The translations under genes and the position numbers were made by a program. A DNA stretch of 63,958 nucleotides, filler included, from Basidioascus undulatus (Eukaryota): the NCBI GenBank assembly GCA_000826855.1. It is 3 parts of 3 records of this genome, joined end to end, with 100 filler letters (N's around TTAATTAATTAA, not from the genome) between each part and the next. Parts side by side here need not be neighbours in the genome. Positions count along the whole stretch, not along the records: positions 1 to 21,962 come from JTLS01000307.1; positions 22,063 to 44,017 come from JTLS01000308.1; 1 more part is not named here. The stretch is one strand, 5' to 3'. Each line of letters opens with the position of its first letter. The first letter of the stretch is position 1. Under the pieces are notes generated by a model. That model made no database searches. It was not told the origin of the DNA and worked only from the letters and a program-made list of their open reading frames with translations. Shown in pieces: positions 12,811-24,981 of this stretch.

Positions 12811-13489
12811 CCGCCACTCTTTCCTGGGCGACCTTTTTGCCCGCCGACGCCGAAAGGGCCCAGTTAAAGAGTCAATAAATAGGCTCTTGCGTCAGCAGGA
12901 AAAAAAAAGCGACAGTCTGACCGAGCTAGGCTTTGAGCAAGTCAGCCCCAGACTGCGACCCCCTCACCCGCCCACCGCCGCCCTACGTATACCCCGCCCG
13001 CCCATCCACCAGCGCATTCCACTCTCTCAGATGCCACCCCACTTCACTCCACGCATCTGCCACCCACCACACCTATCCCTTCAGGCTCCCAACTCGCGCT
13101 CACTCAATCCCTAGCCCCGCGCCATGCCTGGCGCTCAAGCGCGCAACTCGACCGACGCAAGCCAGACCTAAGCAAAGCTGAAAAGGCTGAAGATGTGAAA
13201 GCAGGGGTCAGGATCGTCCGGCCGGACTGGAGGCAATTGGGCTGGGAAAAGTGAAATGCGCACAAATAGAGGGGGAGCCGTGATGTTGAACGACTGGCCG
13301 ACCAGGCTACCTCACGCATCAGCCATCAGAAACTGAAGCTACGCTTACCGCTGGACGGACTGAGGAGCTAGGAGCTGAAAGAAAGAGGTGAGAAGACGTG
13401 TTCTGGAGAAGGCTGCCAGGAAGAGTGCCAGCCAAGACATCGTCAACTCCGTCCGCTTGTCTCGCCCCCGCCTAACGAACTAAGACTCA

Positions 13490-13576
13490 CCGGTCCGGAT
13501 GTCCAAGAGGGTGGTATAAGCGAAGTTAGTGATGAAATCGGAGGGTCCATCCATCAAAGTTCACCATCCGGACCGG
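13490..13576. mobile_element. Candidate 87-bp MITE-like element
   Basis: Perfect 12-bp terminal inverted repeat CCGGTCCGGATG / CATCCGGACCGG, flanked directly by AAGACTCA (13482-13489) and AAGACACA (13577-13584), a 7/8 match resembling an 8-bp target-site duplication. Confidence 0.55.
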
Positions 13577-14152
13577 AAGACACACCTTCAACGCGAGCCC
13601 ATCCTCATCCCCCGCCTGCTCCTCGTCCTATCTCTGCTATTCCCATGCGTCTCGCGGAAAACCTGCTTGGCATAGGACGTTCGCTCGGAGTGAGTTAGAT
13701 CGATGGACCTTCCACGACTCGGGGGGGAACAGGCGAGCGGATGGTTGATGTGGCGTGGGATCGAGATGGGTTTCGTATTACTGGTATTTCAACCTAGAAA
13801 ATGTAAGCTAACTTTCGTTGCGAATGACGTTGGGGAGTCGAATCACGATTGCATTTTCGCTCCTTTTTGCTACGGCAGGTTTGCGACGGTGCTCGTGTGT
13901 CGCATGCACAGATTTTGCTCAACTTGAATGATATTACATAGGCAATAACACATGCCTATATCTTATATTAACAAGCGTAGACTGCAGTAATAATGAACAA
14001 GGGTCAGCGACGATTCATTGACGCAATCTTGCTGGCGTGGGAAGGCACCAACTCGACTTGCTCTTCCTTCTCGCCTCCATCTTCCCCCAAAAAGTTACTC
14101 AGCACAACGTACTATTTCCAAGTTCAACTTTTAATACCCCTTTTCATAACCA

Positions 14153-15305
14153 ATGGCCGACCTGCTACAAGCTATCAAACACAACGGAAAAACATAAGTG
14201 CGTATGTTGAGCCCTCCTCCCGGCTCCGCCATGCTCTTCGGTTCTTCTGTTTGTAACATTGATCCAGTCGACCGATGGTCCATTGCAGACCCAGAACGGT
14301 GCAACGGCTTCTCCAAGGAGCATCAACCCTCGGATATGCCTCTCAAGGTCTGCAGCAGATGCTACCGCCGAAAGTACTGTGTGCGTTCTACTGCAGCTGG
14401 TACCCACAAGTCGTCCTGATTCTAGACTTACTGAACAACATCGTTCTGGCAGAGCGCCCAGTGTGTACGTTACCCTCTGCACTACGCTGTCGCTGTCTCG
14501 GTTCAGTCGCTCAGACTATTCAAGCAGCAACGGACCGACTGGCCCAAGCACAAGCTCGATTGTCAACAGCGGAGTCCTGAATCGGCTGAGCATGAGGCAA
14601 AGGAACAAAACGACCGCTGTCAAATGATCATGGACGCCGTCCTGAACCGTTTCGCGGTTTTTGGAAGTCGGACGCAGGCGAGTCGGCTCGGAGAGTCAAC
14701 GGGCCTAGCTGGTCCCCTTGGTCCAACATCGACTTCTTAAAAAAACCGCCTGACAAGGAGAACCTGGTCATTATGGTCGAGTAACTTCCGTTTCCTCCTC
14801 ATCTAGAATCGAAAATGCTTAGCGTTTACTCTCAACAGTATTCCGACAGCTCCACAGCTCCACAGGCTCTCCGGGCGCACGCGTATGCTCGTCGTTCCCA
14901 TACTCCGAGCGAACGCGACCCGACCGACCCGTCTTCTGAGCAGGCTGCTACTTGATCTATCTCTGTACATCGTGAACCACCAAACACTGTCACCAAATGT
15001 AGTTGGCCTTGATCAGAGGCCGCTCGTTGGTCCCTCTAAGCCAAAGATGCTGCCTTCTCGTCGATGCTGAATTGCGGGTCCGCGAGCTGGGACCGTCTGT
15101 ATACACCGGTATAAGAAGACTCGCTGGAAGAGGACACAATAGATGTGGGGCACTTGAGCTATTTGAAAAGTACGTCAATTGAACAGGAGACGCCATACAG
15201 TCGCGAAACGAGCAGTACATCCCGCCACACCGGTCGACATTCACAGCGGATGATCGAGATCGACTGGGCTGCACAGCCCACAGAAGTTAAAGGAACCAAT
15301 TCATA
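14153..15305 (+). pseudogene. MYND-type zinc-finger protein, decayed
   Basis: LKVCSRCYRRKYC|...QRTDWPKHKLDC is the MYND signature. The first CxxC reads CNGF, the C before QxxDW is not evident, and several stops or shifts follow. Confidence 0.6.
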
Positions 15306-15575
15306 GAAACTTCTTCTCTTCTTCTCCAGTCGAACAACCATGACAGATTATGATACATAATTGCTCCTTGCTTCGGCGCGGGCGGCAGGCGACACGCCGG
15401 TCGCTTCACGATTTCCGCTCCAGATAGCGAGTATGACAGACACGTTCTATTATTGCAACTATACGGACCAACTCTTCGTACGAACTGCCCGCCGGCACTG
15501 CAGCCACGCTCCCAGCGGACGCCGTCGTCTCAAACGGAAGTCAGGGAAGACGCAAACGCCCGGAGACAACAGCGC

Positions 15576-17300
15576 TCAAGATCCATCTATCAGACCCTGC
15601 CCCTTTACGCTTTGAACATCACCTGCATCCCGTTCCAGATCTTCCAACGACCACTTCGCCTTTGCTTCGATCTCGTACGGGTCCGACCGGCCGAGCGCAA
15701 GGCGGTAGTGCGCTGCCCAGGCAATCATCGCTGCGTTATCTGTGGTTCCGGACGGATGCGGCTCAGGACCTCAAGACGAAGAGGTGGAGCGAAACGAGAA
15801 AAGTGGAAGGGATAAGGAGAATGAGAGAGGAGGAAGGGAAGGACATTACCGGTGCAGAGCGAGGGTGGGGGGAAGAAGAGCTTGAGCGGTTCGGGGAGGG
15901 TGGGTGTGAGCGGGCGGTGTAGCTTGGTCATGAGGAGGGCGAGGCTGTGTGGGGCATGGACGGGAGTTAGTTCAGGATGGAGAGGAAAAAAAGAGGGGGT
16001 GGGAGCAGAAACATACCGCTCGCGGAGGTACGTGTTGCTCGCGACTCCACCGCTAACCACCAGTCCGCCAAGTTCGGGGTCGCCAGGCCGTCGACCCTCG
16101 GTTTTCCACCACTGGAGCGCTAATCGGACCTGTCACAACCGAGGCGAGTTAGCATCCGGTCCCCTCAACCCTCCATCCCAGCCACTCACCTTCTCCTCCA
16201 CCTGCCCCACCGCCGCCCTCTGAAACGCCCGTGCAACCTCCCTCTTCTGCTCCTCCCCCATCGGCATACCCACCTCCGCCCTAGCCCGCAGCATATACCG
16301 CTGCACGGCGCTCTTCAGTCCCGCGTACGAGAACTCCATCTTCCCTCGCAGTGCGAGTGGGAACCCCTCGAGGGCCGGGGTCAACGTGCTCGGATCGGGC
16401 GCGGGCTCCGTGGGCGACTGCGCGGCGAACGCCTCGAGCGCGCCCCCCGGGGAGCGGGAGGGGTGGAGCGACCAGGGGAGGGCGAGGTGCTTTGATGCAT
16501 CGTCGTATGCGTTTCTGGAGGTTGGGTGGGCGGTGTGAGTGGGAGAGGGAGGAGGCGGGGACTGTGGGCAGGGGACCGGGGAAAGAGACACACACCCGAT
16601 CGAATCGTCTTGGGTTGTTGCGAGGATCTTGTAGGATGTTACGGAGCGCGCGAGGAGGAGGAGGGTGTGCCCGCCGGAGCAGAGGAGGGTGAGGAATGGG
16701 AAGGTGGGCGGCTCGGGGAAGGTGAGGAGCGGCGTGAGGGCGTGGGCTTGCTGAGTCGACCATACCACCCACAACGAAAGTACGTCAGTTACCAATACCT
16801 GAGTGATAAAGCAACAATGCCGAATGCACCATATGATTGACCCCGATCACCGGCTTCCCAGTCGCCGCCGCGATGCCCTTCCCCGCATTCACGCACACCA
16901 TCAAGCACCCATGCATACCCGGGCCCCTCGTAACAGCCACCGCATCGACTTCCTCAATCCCTACGCTCGCCTCGTCTAGCGCGCGGCGCACGGCACGGGG
17001 CATGTTGCGCGCATGGCCTTTGAGCGCCTCGAGCGGATGGATCCCGCCGAACGTCTCGTGCACCTTGTCCTGCCGGATGACAACGTTCGAGAGGATCCGG
17101 CGGTCAGAGGAGACTATCGCCGCGCCCGTGTCGTCTGCGGAGGATTCGAGCGCGAGGATGAGCCGCGGCCGGGCGAGGTCGGCGGGATAGGCGGGCAGAG
17201 AGGGGCAGCGGGAGGCGGAGGAGGAAGTGTTGCGGATAGCTTGTCGGTGTACGCGCAGGGCGGTGGGCTTAGGGATCGCCCGGATCGCTAATGCGTTCAT
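15576..17300 (-). CDS. QRI7: Mitochondrial tRNA N6-threonylcarbamoyltransferase (Qri7/OSGEPL1, Kae1/TsaD family)
   Basis: Arg/Ala-rich presequence, LILALESSADDT, FGGIHP, VAVTRGPG, HM|QAH metal motif, LLCSGGHT, DDSIG|NAYD, FSYAGLK, VSGGVASN, DNAAMIAW. Confidence 0.92.
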
Positions 17301-18439
17301 GAGAACTGGGTTGGTGCGGCGCAGGTACACGGCCTGGCCTGAATAAAAGGCAGAAAGTGGCTAAACGAATATGTGCATTCAGGAGAAGACGGCCTTCCCG
17401 CTTTCACGCGCCGGCTACGCGCACAAAAAGCCTGGGAGAAGCTTTCTCAATCACTCGACGCTCCCTGACACTTTCCACACTGCAATCCTGTCCAAAGCGA
17501 GAAAAAAATATGTTTGAGGATGTATGTTGGTGCACAGCAGGAAGGAAAACGCTGAACGGCTGTGGGTCGCTCCAGCAAGTTGACTAGACCACCGCAAGGC
17601 TGACCATCACTCCCACCTCTGCTTCCTGCGCATCATTCTTGCTGATCTTTTCTTTCCTAATCGCATTATTCAAAATCTTCCGCCTCCAGCGCGCCTGTGC
17701 CATGCTTCCCTGCTCTCCTCTCCGCTGTGCACGTCTGGTTCTTCCTCTGCTGCGTTGTCTCCTCCCTCCATTCCGCTGTGCTCCTCCCTTCCTCCGTCAA
17801 TGTTTTACTTTATCGTGGCAGCCAAGTTGCTCCCCGCAGCTGCCACGACCTCCGACTGCTTGGCTGCTGCAGCCACAGTGCCGGGCCGGACTGCGCAATG
17901 TGAGTGTGAACGGACTTGAGCTAAGTTTTGCAGAACCTACCCGGGATAATATCTAGCTCACATTCTTTTCATTTGACCTTGCGTACATTGAATTTGGGTC
18001 GCGTTCTCTTTATTTTCTTCTACGCATTTGAAGGTGGACATCTCTATTGCGTGCTTGGTGCTGGGGCGGGATGCGCAATGGCAACCAGCACATCGCGGAT
18101 TTCTGCAGCTCTTCAAGGAGCAATTGGTTACTTCAATTCCCCTTTTAAGCGTCAAGCTATGTGCAAATATGAAGGAAGTCATTCCATAAATAAGCCAGCG
18201 TGGTTGGTTCTTCGTCCTCTGCTGGTATGCTGTGAGCACCACCGGCTATCCTAGTCCATCAAGCTGATCATGGCCCAAACCCTGCTCTGAATTCAACTGT
18301 TTACAGCCTTTCAAAAGGAATTACTAGTAGGATTATTGCTCAAAACTCATCCAACTTCCGCAGCGAGAACACAGACAGCACCACCGCCTTTCCCTTGACA
18401 TTGTTCCCTTCTCTTCTCGCCCGCACAGGTCTCTAAGTA

Positions 18440-18620
18440 TATCACTCTATTCGGCTTCCGTTGTTCTTGGCAGAGCTGCCTCAGTGCTATGGTAGCACTT
18501 TCTGAGATCTTGTGTCCTTACTGACCGACGACCTGCTGGGCACTCCCTGCTTCACCCACATCATCCGTTACAGCCTTAAGCCATTTATTCCGGTATCCCA
18601 AAATCTATGCGAATGGTACA
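18440..18620 (+). pseudogene. Possible relic paralogue of the BTB gene at about 40.2-41.0 kb
   Basis: VVLGRAASVL...LTDDLLGT...SVTALSHLF occurs in the same order as VKLAEPASVL...LTDDLLGT...SVERLRPVL in the BTB gene. Confidence 0.3.
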
Positions 18621-19116
18621 TGGCTGGAATTATGATCAAGTAGTCAGGATGGGAACTGTTGCTGCAGTGCAACCAAGCGCAATGCCCAGCTGGCAGATTC
18701 GAACCTCGCGCGTCAGACACAACGGCTGCACTGGCAGACACTCTTCATTTCTTTTCCAAAACCCGAGAGCAGTCCCATGCTAGCCCGTTATGTTTTAGTT
18801 TCAACCTCATGGCAGAGGTGAACGGCCGGTGTGAGAGTGTTAGGAAAGAGGAACCACCAAGAAGCGGGGGACCTCACGCGATGAAAGGCTTCTATGAGCA
18901 AGCAGCCATTTGACTGCAATGCAAGTTGAGACAAAGCCAATACTACATCTTGTCCTTTCTAACTTTGCTTCTCGCTGCGTCCGCGCTTGCAGCCGTTTCA
19001 AACCTCAGGCTGCCAGCTGCGAGGTTCAGGCAGGCACTGGGCCAACTTTCGACTTAGACAACTACGCGAGGGTTTCGAACACATATTTTGTGATAGCAAT
19101 TTCGTGCGCGGCACCT

Positions 19117-19530
19117 CTATGACTTCAGCTCCGACAGAAACAGCCAGAACTCGAGGCCCCCAATCTCCTGCTCCTCCGCCCGCAACGTATTCTGCCGGTC
19201 CGGCCTCTGCCTTTCATCCACAGGCGTGCACCTCGTAGCCTTCGCGATCGCCTCCCGCTGTGTCTCGATCGCGAGCCTAAGGTCGTCGCCCAGGGATCCC
19301 TCGCCCCAGCCGGTAGTACACGCCGACATCGTCTGTCGGCTGCAGCCTGGCCTTCTTTCGCTGATTTTGCACGCGGTTGATGAGCTCGCGAGCGAGGCCC
19401 TCCTGCTCCAGCCAAGATGCCGCCGACGGTCGAACAGGATCGCGGTATGTCCGTTGTACCGCACCTTGTCCGCGGGAAGCTCGACGCTGCGCGCGAGGCG
19501 AGGCCGTCCGCGACGAGCGGCGTTCAGTCA
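19117..19530 (-). pseudogene. C-terminal fragment of cytosolic isoleucyl-tRNA synthetase
   Basis: Across two frameshifts it reads AILFDRRRH/LEQEGLARELINRVQNQRKKARLQPTDDVGVYY/...AEEQEIGGLEFWLFLSELKS*. This matches my recollection of the eukaryotic IleRS EGxARExxNRVQxLRKKAxLxxTDD region through the C-terminus. No catalytic domain is upstream. Confidence 0.8.
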
Positions 19531-19692
19531 AGGGGTGCGATGCCCACAGGAACGGGACGCTCGCATAGTGTGAGAGTGACAGATGAATATCCGTCCGGGC
19601 TTTCGTCAGTGTCATGTCGCGCCAGCATAAATCCCAGGCCCGAAGAGCCGCGCATTCCACCGAGAAGTCCAATGGTCTGATCCATAACCCAC

Positions 19693-21336
19693 TCAGAAAT
19701 GCTCATACCCCTCCTCATCAACCAGATCCACCCCCTCCGCATGCGCAAGCCGCACCGTCTCCTCCTGCGCATCCTCGCACTTGCCCACAGCCGCCTCCAA
19801 AATCTCTCTCTGACCTGCACCCCCATCCACCCCCCTCATCAGCCACATCCACTTCCTCCACCCACACCATACCCACGCACGCACCTCGCACATAAACCCT
19901 CACCATCTCCCTTACGTCCTCCCTGACCCCCTCGGGCAGCCTGGCGCTCCCCAGGCGCTCCTCCAGCGCCCGCACAGGCGCCAGCTTCGCCTCGAGCATG
20001 TCCTCCAGCATGCCCAGGCAGTCCATCTCGTTCTCCCACCCGACCCTCCCCCACTCTCCCCTCACCCTCCCGGCCAATTCCACCCTTTCTTCCGGGTCCG
20101 CCAGCAGCACCCGGAGCGTCATCCGCAGTCCTTCCGGCACGCTCCCTCCCCGCCCGAGGAGCCACCGCTCCCCCATGCCCGGGAGCCCCAGGTGTTGGAG
20201 TATGGAAGAGAGAGAAGCGTCGGGCGTCCCCCCGCCAAGTTTCAGTGGGACCACGTCATCCGCCCCCGAGGGCTCGACGAACCCGTACCCGAGCAAGAGC
20301 TCCTCATTCGGCTTGGGCCCGTAGTTGTTGAAGAGCTGGGAGTTCCCCGGGGTCGGCGAGGAGAGCGTCAGGGCTATGTAGCGGGGGGAGGTCGACCAGG
20401 TTATGGGGTGGGAGCGCCGGTGGTTGAGGGAGTCGACGCCGGGGAGGAGGATGGGAGTTGCGGGCTCAGGGGAGGAGTAGAGCGTGGAAGGGAACGCGCG
20501 CGAGGATAGGTGCGTGCTGCTGGAGAGGTAGAGGTCCCTGTTTCCTCCACCCTTGTCAACACCGCTGCCCCGCCCCCAACCTCCCGCCCTAAGCAAGCGC
20601 TCACTCACCAGCTGAATCCCTCCCGTACCTCTTCCCCCACCCACCGCCCCACCAACTCCCGCATCCGCCCCCACTCGGCCTCCCACCCCGCCCGCCGGTC
20701 CAGCGTCGCGCCATACAGGTTCGTCCCCCGCAGGAGCTCCAGCTCAGCGGGTGTGAAGTGCAGGGGCGTACGGTGCGTGGAGGAGGGGGGGAGGGTGGTG
20801 ATGTAGGGGTGGTGAAGGAGATGCCTCAATCCATCCAAAGCTTCCTTGTCAGTCTGGTAGCGGTAAAGTAATAGGAAGGGAGGGGGCGAGAGGGAAGACG
20901 CACTGGAACGAGGAGGCAGGGAGCGACGAGATAAGGTGTAGCACCAAGTAGGTCACGATGCTCTCGTGGTCTGATAGACAGTCCACCTCTTCCTGCGCGC
21001 CCTCCCCGGCGATACTGCCCAGCGCTCTGCGCGCCAGCATGGGGGTGATCGCGATCTCGGCGGGGCAGGAGATGAGCGTTTCCCCCTGCTCGATCGGGGA
21101 GGTCGAGAAGACGGAGAGGCCGCCGTAGGTCTCTGTTTCAGATCCGGCTCCCCGTAAGTTTCCAAAAGAGGAGGAATTGAAAGACAGAGAAGAATGGGAA
21201 CTGGGTGGGAGGAGGAATGGAAGGATGAACCGTCAGGCAGGAACGCGATGTGCGGGTGGATCTCCGCCCTGTGCGACTGCAGCCACGCGCGAAAGGGGGC
21301 TATGTGCGCAGGCTCGGCGGGGGTGGGGGTGGCCAT
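19693..21336 (-). CDS. SET-domain protein-lysine methyltransferase (Efm1/Rkm, SETD3/4-like class)
   Basis: FRAWLQSHRAEIHP, PYITTLP...TPLHFTPAELELLRGTNL, LSSRAF, LLPGVDSLNH, QLFNNYGPKPNEELLLGYGF; multi-exon. Confidence 0.88.
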
Positions 21337-21962
21337 TTGGAGTGGTTGAGTGGAGGGAAGGGGAGGAGAATGGAGGAGGGTGGTGGTGGTGAGGGAGAGA
21401 GGGATGGCGGCGGTAAGTTAGCGAGGCGAGAAGACGCTTGGGTGGGCAAGGGGGTGGGGCGCCAATTTACTGACGGTCGGGTTCTTGTGCAATTTCTTTT
21501 CGGGATGTGGAACAAATTTGTAAGAAATATACCATGAAATAGCTGAGCATCCAGTTGCGTTTTTGGGAGGCACACCAGGCCGCGAGCGAGCGGCTCAAAG
21601 TCGCTAGGTCACTTGCTCAAACCGCTGGCAGCACGCCCGGCTCTTTGCCCGATCGTTGCGGTCGCTCGTCACATGCCAAGATTTCTATGCGTATGGTCCC
21701 AAAAGAACACGCATCCTAACGCAGGCCCACCAGCGCGGTACGTATCCTTCGCATTTTCATGCGTGTAACCGTCTCCATCTCGCACAGCCAACAGTGCCCA
21801 CACCCTTCCTCTCCCCTCCCCTCCCCTTCCTCATCCTTCACCACACCTAGGCGGCCCTAACTGTCTCGTTTCCCCTCCACCACCTTCCCCTTCCCTTCCA
21901 ACACCTTCCCCTTCCCCTCCCCGCCCTTTCTCCCTCGCTCTCGACGCCGGCGCGACTGCGAG

Positions 21963-22062
21963 NNNNNNNNNNNNNNNNNNNNNNNNNNNNNNNNNNNNNN
22001 NNNNNNTTAATTAATTAANNNNNNNNNNNNNNNNNNNNNNNNNNNNNNNNNNNNNNNNNNNN
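21963..22062. other. Assembly spacer (N44-TTAATTAATTAA-N44)
   Basis: 100-bp N block with a central six-frame stop linker; an identical block occurs at 44018. Confidence 0.97.
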
Positions 22063-24141
22063 CACCCAACCAGACAACACTTCCGCAACGTACTCCTTCG
22101 CCTATCCTCGTCGTCCATGCCCTGCACCGCTCTCCTCCGCATCGCACGCCTCATCTACCCGCACTGGCGCGAGCGGCGCCTCGCGCGCGAGGGGCGATCC
22201 ATCATCCCCCAGCTCAACTACGACGAAACGAACGACGGCGACCCATACGTGTGCTTCCGGCGGCGGGACGTCAAGCCCGTGCGCAAGACGCGCCGCGCGG
22301 ACACGCAGAGCGTCGAGCGCATGCGCCGCCTTCAGGTCGAGCTCGAGACCGCCCAGCACCTCGTCGCCATGATCCGCGAGCGCGAGCGCAAAAAGACTGA
22401 GAGCGTCGACGTCGATAGGCAGGTTTGGGAGGGCCGCACCAAGCTGCGCGAGATCAAGCGCAAGCTTGGCATCAAGGGCCCGGACGACGGCAAGGCTGAC
22501 GACGAGCTCATCCTCGGTATACGCGCGCCGAAGAAATCAAAATCCGAACCGAGGTGCGTTGCTTTCGTGTGCTTTTTCCTTCTTCCTCCCTCGATTGTCT
22601 GACATCTCTATTTCGAGCAGCACGATCAAGCTCCCCGTTCGCAAACCCGCCCCATCCCCCGCCGACTCCGCCCTCCAAACCCCCTCCACCGCCGCCGACC
22701 AAAAACCCCAACCGCCCTCCATCTCGACCCTCATCGAGCGCCACATCGCGCGCAAACGCGAGAACGACGCCGCATGGGAAGACGCGACGGAGAACGCGTA
22801 CCAGCCGCTCGTGTCGACGTTTGGCGGCGCGCGCCTCTTCCGCTCCCTGCCCGCGCGCTCGGGCGAGGAGGGGGGGCGCAAGGCGTTCCGCCTCCGCGTC
22901 GGGCGCGGCGGGCGCGTCGTCCTCGACCGTCGGTTCCCCCGCGCGGCGAGCCCGTCTTCGGGCGAGGAGAGCGAGCCTGCTGAGGGCGACGAGGACGTCG
23001 AGATGGCGGATGCGCAGGTGGAGGATGATGCGGAGGTGTGGAGAGGGATGAGGGATCGGTGGAAGTACGACGCTGAGGGAGGGTATGCACCATCTGGCTC
23101 TGGGTTGGGCCCCGCCTTCGGCGACGACGGCGATAGCGTTCTGATTGATGATTATGACGAGAAGTGCGTACACCCTCATTCCTTCCTATTCCGCTCAACT
23201 TGGCATTCCGACTGATGCGTTTTGCTTCTCGCTACACCAGGTACATGCGCAATCGTGCCTCCCTTCTCACCGCCAACGACCTCTTTTCCCTCCAAGCGCC
23301 GACCGCGCACCTTGCCTCCGCCCGCGCCGCCGCCGCCGCCCCGCCGCCCCCTCTCCCCCAATACCAGATCATCCGACCGCCGGTGCAGATCGGCAAGATG
23401 GGCGCGATCCCGCGCACGGCGAACGGCAAGTCGCCCATGTCTGCGCAGCAAGCCGCCGCCGCTGCGGCCCGGCGCGTGTCGAGCCAGAACGGGGCGCCCC
23501 CGCCGCAGCCGCAAGGTGCCGCCCGCCCCGGCGCACCGACCCACCCGCTCGCGCAGGGCGTCACCGCCAATGGGCTCCAGCAGAAGCCGCTCGCGTACCC
23601 GAACGGCGCGTCGTCGCCCGCCCCGCTCGCGCTTCAGCACACGCCGCCGAACAAACCCCCGACCCCGCAGCAGCAGCCCCAGCCACAGCCGCTGCAGTTC
23701 CCGAACGCCGCGGGGCCGAACGGGCAATACGCGGCCGTCCAGGCGCTCCCGAACGGATTTAAGGGCGCGCAGATCCGCCAGGCGAACGGCGCGGGATTTG
23801 CGACGCTCCAGCAGCAGCAGGCTCAGGCTCAGCTCGCCGGCAACAACCTGGCGACCGCGACGGCGATGAACCTCCAACTGCCGAAGCAGCGCGCGCAGCA
23901 GTTCACGGCCGCGCAGATCGCGCAGAACCCGCAGCTGGCGGCCGCATGGCGCGCGCACTCGCAGCAGCAACAGGCCGCTGCTGCCGCCGCTGCCGCCGCT
24001 GCTGCAGCGGGGAGGATGTCATCCCCCGTCAACGGCGGCCGCGCGACGCCGTCCCCGAGCCCCATCGCCGCGCATCAGGCGCTTCCGCCTCGCCCGCCGT
24101 CTGCCGCGGCAGGAGGAGAGATCCAGCACCAGATGTACTAG
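22063..24141 (+). CDS. EPL1: Enhancer of polycomb-like protein (NuA4 subunit), 5' part lost in the gap
   Basis: IYPHWRERR...IIPQLNYDETNDGDPYVCFRRRDVKPVRKTRR (end of EPcA), FRLRVGRGGRVVLDRR, RWKYD, Q/A/P-rich tail. Confidence 0.9.
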
Positions 24142-24981
24142 CACCCTTCCCCCCCGGAGACTACCTCATCCGTCCTTCTCTTTCTTGCGCTCCTCCCTTT
24201 CCTTTCTGCACTTCTTTCGCGCACTTCTCTTTCTCCTGGTGATGGACAGTTTTCCACAGGTTAGCTTTCGTGTCTCGTCCTTTCTCAAATTTTGTATCTC
24301 CTCGCAACCCCCTTCGTCTTCCCTCCTTGCCGACCTACCTGCCCACCTTTACTCGCGACCAACCACTCCGTATGTACCAGTAGTATGAAACGAAGCAGCT
24401 TGATGACCAACCCGTTGAATCGAAATCCCCCTCACCCCTCCTATCTACACGGTCGACTTAAATCATCACCCACCTGACTAGCAGCAGTAGCGTCGGTAGC
24501 TTAGCTAGTGCCGCTTGAGCAGCATATGAAGATCGTATGCGAATGATGTGGTGCTGTGTGCGTGCGCGCTGGACTGACTGTCAGTGCAAGTCAGTCGGTT
24601 TGATGGAAAACGAGGATGACGACTTGATGTTTGACCCAGTTCGGCGGCTTGTCGTTTGGGATCGCGACTTCATCCGAAGGCGTAACAAGTGAGCGTTGCG
24701 GAGGGGTTTGAAGAGGTACTGATTGAAGCTCGCTCGCCGGGTACGACGCGAAGTGGTTGGCGTGTAATGGTAGCCATCCTTTGCGTCTAGGCTCCTTTCG
24801 AGCCACAACTTGGGCAGCAAAAGCACAGGTACACGGGCATAAGTTTAAAAGTCATCAGCAGGTATATGCGATCCGATCAACTCTATTGTATGAAAGAGAA
24901 AAATCGAAGCAATGTCTTCAAGCTTCACCCTTAACGTCAACCCCTTTTGAAAGTGTACGGCAGAATCGAATTATCCGAAGT

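Noticed and set aside
550..19530. tRNA-Asn, QRI7 and the IleRS relic as a t6A/translation cluster
   Set aside because: Qri7 is mitochondrial whereas the tRNA and IleRS are cytosolic; the spacing is wide and probably coincidental.
21963..22062. TTAATTAATTAA palindrome inside N runs (also 44018-44117)
   Set aside because: Artificial six-frame stop linker. True gap sizes, and strictly the adjacency across the gaps, are unknown.
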